Of a stretch of DNA of 30,301 nt, positions 26,073 through 30,301 are shown piece after piece; position 1 is the first letter of the stretch; each line of letters opens with the position of its first letter. Source of the DNA: Candidatus Hadarchaeum sp. (GTDB taxonomy: Archaea > Hadarchaeota > Hadarchaeia > Hadarchaeales > Hadarchaeaceae). The notes under the pieces are model-generated. The model ran no database searches, was not told the DNA's origin, and worked only from the letters and a program-made list of their open reading frames with translations. Made by a program: the position numbers and the translations under genes. The stretch is taken from contig NZ_JBMFOX010000014.1 in assembly GCF_049969415.1 (NCBI RefSeq), forward strand, positions 1-30,301. Direction: 5' to 3'.

Positions 26073-26834
26073 ATGAAGAGGTACCGGATACTGGGCGTGA
26101 TACCGGCGCGGGGGGCGTCCCGGACGATTCCCAAGCTGAACATCAAAAAGCTGCTGGGCCGTCCCCTCCTCGCCTACACCATCGTCCCGGCCAGGGAAAG
26201 CAAGCTGCTCACCAGGGTGGTCGTCTCTTCTGAGGATGAGGAGGTCATCGAGGTGGCCCGCAACTACGGCGCCGATGTCGTCGTTCGGCCCAAGGAGCTC
26301 GCCGATGACCTCTCCCTGCTCACCGATGTGGTGAAGCATGCGGTGCTGGAGATGGAGCAGCGGGAGGGCAGGAAGTATGACTACGTGGCGGTGCTGCCGC
26401 CGACGACCCCGCTCCGGACCACGGCCGACATTGACCGGGCGCTGCGCAAGCTGATCGACACCGGGGCGGACTCGGTGATCTCGGTGACCAAGGTGGGGAT
26501 CTGTCACCCGATGCGGATGAAGAAGATCGTCCACGACCGGCTCATCGACTACGTGGAGGAGGAGGTGGAGAACATGCCCAAGAAGCTGCTGCCCCCGGTT
26601 TACCTGAGGAACGAGGCCATCTACGCGGTGAGGCGGGACGTGCTGTTGAACCAGGGCTCCTTCAAGGGCAGGATCAGCTGCCCCTACCTGATGCCGCCCG
26701 AGCGCTCGATTATCATCGACAGCCGGATGGACTTTTTGCTCGCGGAGGCGGTGATGAAGCGGATGAAGTGGAAGCATATCAAGCCGGTGGTCAGCCGGCG
26801 CCGCCTGCTGCTGAAGCTGATCCGGAAGAAATGA
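26073..26834 (+). CDS. NeuA-family acylneuraminate cytidylyltransferase-like protein with divergent active site
   Basis: GVIPARG.S, G.PLLAYTI, VVSSED, RPKELADD, PTTPLR, ADSVISV, IDS..DF. Confidence 0.85.
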   Translation: MKRYRILGVIPARGASRTIPKLNIKKLLGRPLLAYTIVPARESKLLTRVVVSSEDEEVIEVARNYGADVVVRPKELADDLSLLTDVVKHAVLEMEQREGRKYDYVAVLPPTTPLRTTADIDRALRKLIDTGADSVISVTKVGICHPMRMKKIVHDRLIDYVEEEVENMPKKLLPPVYLRNEAIYAVRRDVLLNQGSFKGRISCPYLMPPERSIIIDSRMDFLLAEAVMKRMKWKHIKPVVSRRRLLLKLIRKK

Positions 26835-26929
26835 ACGGTCCGGGCAGGGGTCGATTTACCTCATTTTCATGGTGTCTTAAGGGTTGGTAATATTTTTATG
26901 TGAAAAAGTAATATGTCACGGGGATCTAG

Positions 26930-28267
26930 TTGCTGCTGGACGCGCCGGCGCTGGGGGCCGTGAGCCGGAGGATCAGGAAGGCGTTTACCGCGGTGTTTCG
27001 GCGGGAGGCCGAGGCCAAGCTGCGGGAAAGCATCCATAGCAGCCTGACCAAGCGTGAGGTGGGAGTCTATGTTCACTTCCCTTTCTGTAAAAGCCTCTGT
27101 CCCGGTTGCCCCTACTTCAGGGAAATCGCTGAGGAAGAACGGGTGCAGGAGTACCTCTCTGCCCTGAGGGCCGAGATTGGGATGGTGGGTGGGCTGCTGA
27201 AGGACTTGGACCTGAAAATTTCGGACGTCCACGTCGGCGGCGGCACGCCGAGCTTGATCGGTGGGGGGTGGGGAGAAATCCGGCAGGCTTTCCAGGAAAA
27301 TTTCGAGGTGGCGGAGGACTGCCCGTTCGGTATCGAGGCCAACCCCAACGATCTGACGGAGGAGAGGGCCCATTCACTGGCTGAGGCCGGGGTGAACAAG
27401 ATAAGCATCGGGGTTCAATCCTTTTTCAGACCCAACCTGAAGATCCTGGGGAGGAACCACGGCCCCGAAAACTCCCTGGAGGCGATTGAAAATTGCAGGC
27501 GGGCCGGCCTGAGTTTCATCAACATCGACATGATGTATCTCCTGCCCCGTCAGAGCATTGAGGAATGGATTCACGACCTGAGGCTGGCAGCGGAACAGGG
27601 CGTGGATCAGATCACGTGTTATCCCCTGCTCGTGCCGCGTTACACCCGCCTTCACGAGCTGATGCTGGAGGGGAGGGTTCCCCAGCAGCCGGACCTGAAG
27701 ACGTTCCAGAGGATGTACTACGCCGCCATCGAGGTTCTGGGTGGTGAGGGGTATTCTCCGCTGAGGTACTATTCCTTCGGGAAGGGGAGGGAGGAGTACT
27801 CGACGGTGGAGCGGGAGATGGTCGGGCCCCTGCTGGGGTTCGGCAGCGGAGCCATCGGGTTTACCGGCGGTTATGAGTACGTGAACACCTGCTCGGTCCA
27901 GGAGTACATCAGGAGACTGAAGGCCGGCAAGATGCCGATTGCCGGGGGCAGGGAGGTGACCAAGGAGGAGAGGGTGGTGAGGTACGTTTCGGAGAGGTTG
28001 GGCACCCTAAGGCTGAGGATTGACGAGCTTGAGCGGGAATTCGGAGAGCCATTCTACAGTCTCATGAAGCGGAGCGGCTATGGTTCGGCCCTGCGGATGG
28101 GTCTCCTCCTGGGCAACCTGAAGAGGGAAGGCGGCGAGATCAGGGTGACCGATAAGGGGATGTGGCAGCGCAACCTCGGCGGCTGGGCCTTCGTCCTTCT
28201 GGTGCCCTGCCGGATTGTGGAGGAATACCTGAAGACCCCGTGGCCCCTAGAGGTCAAAGTTCCTTAG
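26930..28267 (+). CDS. HemN-like radical SAM protein
   Basis: YVHFPFCKSLCPGC (CxxxCxxC), VGGGTPS, IEANP, ISIGVQSF, NIDMMY.LP.Q, GFGSGA. Start uncertain (TTG 26930 or GTG 26960). Confidence 0.88.
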   Translation: MLLDAPALGAVSRRIRKAFTAVFRREAEAKLRESIHSSLTKREVGVYVHFPFCKSLCPGCPYFREIAEEERVQEYLSALRAEIGMVGGLLKDLDLKISDVHVGGGTPSLIGGGWGEIRQAFQENFEVAEDCPFGIEANPNDLTEERAHSLAEAGVNKISIGVQSFFRPNLKILGRNHGPENSLEAIENCRRAGLSFINIDMMYLLPRQSIEEWIHDLRLAAEQGVDQITCYPLLVPRYTRLHELMLEGRVPQQPDLKTFQRMYYAAIEVLGGEGYSPLRYYSFGKGREEYSTVEREMVGPLLGFGSGAIGFTGGYEYVNTCSVQEYIRRLKAGKMPIAGGREVTKEERVVRYVSERLGTLRLRIDELEREFGEPFYSLMKRSGYGSALRMGLLLGNLKREGGEIRVTDKGMWQRNLGGWAFVLLVPCRIVEEYLKTPWPLEVKVP

Positions 28268-28356
28268 TGAAATCCCAAAATGGTGAAGGCCCGACATTGC
28301 CGCGGTGCCCAGCATCCATGCGTTGCGAGCCTTGGGATTCCGAAATTCCTCGTTAG

Positions 28357-28389
28357 CGGGCCCTCTGGAGGTGGCGGCTTGAGGAGTGA
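28357..28389 (+). pseudogene. Possible tiny remnant of an AAA-DUF4143 3' end (RALWRWRLEE*)
   Basis: CTCTGGAGGTGGC is identical to 29690-29702; translation resembles RPLW[KR]WLL and ends at TGA. Confidence 0.4.
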
Positions 28390-28670
28390 ATGGAGGCACA
28401 TCTCGATGGCCCCGAACCCCGGCACTCACTATGCCTTAAAGGCGACCGCAAATCGTCACCTGCTCTGACTTGTTTTTTCAATGTGTCGGCAATTTAATCT
28501 TTGCACCATGAATGTAAAGATTTTGAAATAGTTTGAACTAATGATCTGAGGCGCATCCTGAGGGTCTCGGATCTCCTGTCCTTTTTGCTCAGCGGCGGGA
28601 AGGCGAATTTACAACTGCAAGGAGGTTGGCCCAAAAAACGAAACCCATATCCTCACTCGCGGTTATTTTA

Positions 28671-28708
28671 GATACATTTATATGGTATCGTATCGATTAA
28701 ATTGTATC
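28671..28708 (+). promoter_or_regulatory. Toxin-antitoxin promoter with palindromic operator
   Basis: GATAC-N9-GTATC (28671-28689) brackets TTTATAT; extra GTATC half-sites at 28690 and 28704. Confidence 0.6.
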
Positions 28709-28719
28709 TGGTGTCAAGA

Positions 28720-28998
28720 GTGAAGGTGCTCACAACCCGAGTTGAAGACGAACTCATGAAAGATCTCGAACTGATCGAGCGCGAGGAAAAAGCCGATCGA
28801 GCGGAAGTGGCCAGGAGATTGCTCGCCAAGGGAGTAAAGGATTGGAAGCTGAAAAAGGCCCTTGAAAGGATATCCGATGGCGCATGGACGGTGAGGAGGG
28901 CAGCGAAGTTTGCGGGGATAACCTACTATGAGATGATCGAAGAGATGGCCAAGCACGGAGTGGATTCCGGCCCCACGCTGGCAGACCTGAGGGAGTGA
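28720..28998 (+). CDS. Antitoxin, RHH + UPF0175-like HTH
   Basis: beta-alpha-alpha N-terminus (VLTTRV.DEL...DRAEVARRLL) and G..TVRRAAKFAGITYYEM; GTGA overlap with the PIN gene. Confidence 0.82.
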   Translation: MKVLTTRVEDELMKDLELIEREEKADRAEVARRLLAKGVKDWKLKKALERISDGAWTVRRAAKFAGITYYEMIEEMAKHGVDSGPTLADLRE

Positions 28999-29501
28999 AG
29001 TTGATAGTATCGGACTCATCGCCTCTCATCTATTTCGCCCGGGCTGGAAGGCTTGACGTTCTTCGTGAGGTCTATGGTGAGGTTTTCACGAGCGGAGGGG
29101 TTATCCGGGAGGTGATGGTCGAGGGAAAACCCGGGCTATCTCAATTTAGAGACGCCCTTTCAAAAGGGTGGTTGAGGGTTGAAAAGGTGAAGGTCGATTT
29201 CGATTATGCGGCTGAAGGCATCGAGAAGACCGATGCTGAGGTAATCTGCTTGGCCAAGTCACGAGGGTTGAAGCTTCTATCGAACGATCGGGCCCTGGTG
29301 AACTGCGCTAGAGCGCATGGGGTCGAGGGGCGCTGGCTAACGGAATCGTTGTTCGACGCGATTGAAAAAAATGTTTTAACGCCTCAGGGAGCTGAGGACT
29401 TGCTTATGGAGCTTGTGAATTCCGGCATGCGGGTGAGATCCGAAGTCCTCGCAAGGGTCCTGCGATCGATCAAGTCTGCCCGAAATAGCACCTCTCGCTA
29501 A
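28995..29501 (+). CDS. PIN-domain (VapC/DUF3368-like) toxin
   Basis: IVSDSSPLI, V..EV, DAEVICLA, LLSND acidic PIN residues. Confidence 0.85.
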   Translation: MKLIVSDSSPLIYFARAGRLDVLREVYGEVFTSGGVIREVMVEGKPGLSQFRDALSKGWLRVEKVKVDFDYAAEGIEKTDAEVICLAKSRGLKLLSNDRALVNCARAHGVEGRWLTESLFDAIEKNVLTPQGAEDLLMELVNSGMRVRSEVLARVLRSIKSARNSTSR

Positions 29502-29595
29502 TTTATAGGCTACAGGGAGATCGCTTGGGTGACAGAAGTCAACCTGCCGCCAATGCTATGGGTATTATTCTTATCGCCGGTAGTTACTGGTGGAT

Positions 29596-29716
29596 GCGAT
29601 GGAGGAGTTCCAGCTGAGGGAGGAGCTGGTGCTGACCGAGGATTTCGAGGGGGGAAGAGGTGGAGGGAAAGAGGATAGTTTTCCGACCGCTCTGGAGGTG
29701 GCTGCTCGGGGGATGA
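29596..29716 (+). pseudogene. Frameshifted 3' remnant of an AAA-DUF4143 gene (direct repeat of 24277-24389)
   Basis: Near-identical DNA (gcgatggaggagttcc..gctgagggagg.gctggtgctgaccgag...ggaagaggtggagggaaagaggata) with a 2-nt deletion near a G-run at about 29650; ends RPLWRWLLGG*. Confidence 0.88.
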
Positions 29717-29720
29717 GCTG

Positions 29721-29835
29721 GTGAGGATACTTTACATCACGGAAATTTATCCGGATTCAAAGCGCGGCTTGGGCGTCTGGGGGGAGGTGAGCGGTAATTC
29801 TACGAGATCTCTGCGGGGTGGCCAGATTTGCGCAC
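29721..29835 (+). pseudogene. N-terminal relic of a GT4-family glycosyltransferase
   Basis: MRILYITEIYPDSKRGLGVW, then with one G restored in the G-run GGGER*FYEIS, matching the GT4 'MRIL....YP....GG.ER..YE' pattern; contains a frameshift and a TAA. Confidence 0.65.
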
Positions 29836-29893
29836 ATGTGAACCAAATATCTAAATTTTCGAACCACATATGAATTATCATGATTTCCAGATA

Positions 29894-29951
29894 GTTTCCT
29901 TGAGGAAACAATATTTATAAGCAATCGTTTCCTAAAAGTAACAATAGGAAA
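29894..29951 (+). promoter_or_regulatory. Promoter with two palindromic operators
   Basis: GTTTCCT-TG-AGGAAAC (29894-29909), TTTATAA (29914-29920), TTTCCTA-N10-TAGGAAA (29928-29951). Confidence 0.65.
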
Positions 29952-29952
29952 A

Positions 29953-30301
29953 ATGCGAAGAGAGGATTTTAAAGCCGTTTTGGTGTGGTGGAAAAGGCTC
30001 AAGCTTCCAGAGATGGTCAGCCGGGAGCTTACCCTTCCTGCGTCCCCGGCCCAAGTAATCTCCGTCGTGGGTGTGAGGAGGTGCGGGAAGACTTACCTGC
30101 TCCTCAACACGATGAAGCAGTTGCTGGAGGAGCTGGGGAAGGATAACATCATCTACGTAAATTTCGAGCACGAGAGGCTGAGGAACCTGGAAGCAGGCGA
30201 CCTGGGAGAACTCCTCGTGGCTCATAGGGAGATCTTCGAGCCGGATGAGACGAAGCCGGTCTACATGTTTCTGGACGAGATCCAGAACGTCAGGGACTGG
30301 G
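29953..30301 (+). CDS. Second AAA_14(-DUF4143) ATPase, 5' part (runs off the window; not in the ORF track)
   Basis: Manual translation MRREDFKAVLVWW...VVGVRRCGKTYLL...IIYVNFEHERL...FLDEIQNVRDW. Confidence 0.9.
   Translation, partial: MRREDFKAVLVWWKRLKLPEMVSRELTLPASPAQVISVVGVRRCGKTYLLLNTMKQLLEELGKDNIIYVNFEHERLRNLEAGDLGELLVAHREIFEPDETKPVYMFLDEIQNVRDW

Noticed and set aside
28280-28468. 62-aa ORF, or RNase P/SRP-like structured RNA
   Set aside because: Only short inverted repeats. Minus-strand GAGGAATTTCGG has no matching P4 3' strand, there is no SRP helix-8 motif, and the ORF has no recognisable features.

Overview
Archaeal chromosomal segment with high-GC coding regions and a euryarchaeal-type gene order; a Hadarchaeota-like lineage is only a guess. 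Bases 1-13.2 kb are core housekeeping: tRNA-Val(GAC), dtdA-ftsZ-secE-spt5-(OB-fold SSB)-rpl11-rpl1-rplP0-rpl12-alaS-leuS-DUF434. Next come a HisB-like gene with a degenerate metal motif, a minus-strand Dpp/Opp ABC transporter (dppABCDF) and a yjbQ / YprB-like exonuclease / family-4 UDG operon. From about 22 kb to the end is an accessory surface-glycosylation region: GalE-like epimerase, GT2, NeuB-like, NeuA-like, HemN-like radical SAM, a UPF0175/PIN toxin-antitoxin pair and AAA_14-DUF4143 ATPases. Most notable: (i) the AAA-DUF4143 gene sits between galE and GT2, flanked by a decayed duplication of the GT2 5' end, and remnants of its 3' end recur downstream, one directly before a glycosyltransferase relic, as if it were a mobile solo-gene cassette; (ii) the NeuB/NeuA pair has coordinated changes at catalytic residues; (iii) a promoter-driven tRNA-Ala-like element at 161-282 does not form a normal cloverleaf; (iv) P0 lacks its C-terminal tail. 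All family calls come from motif recognition by eye; no database searches were run.
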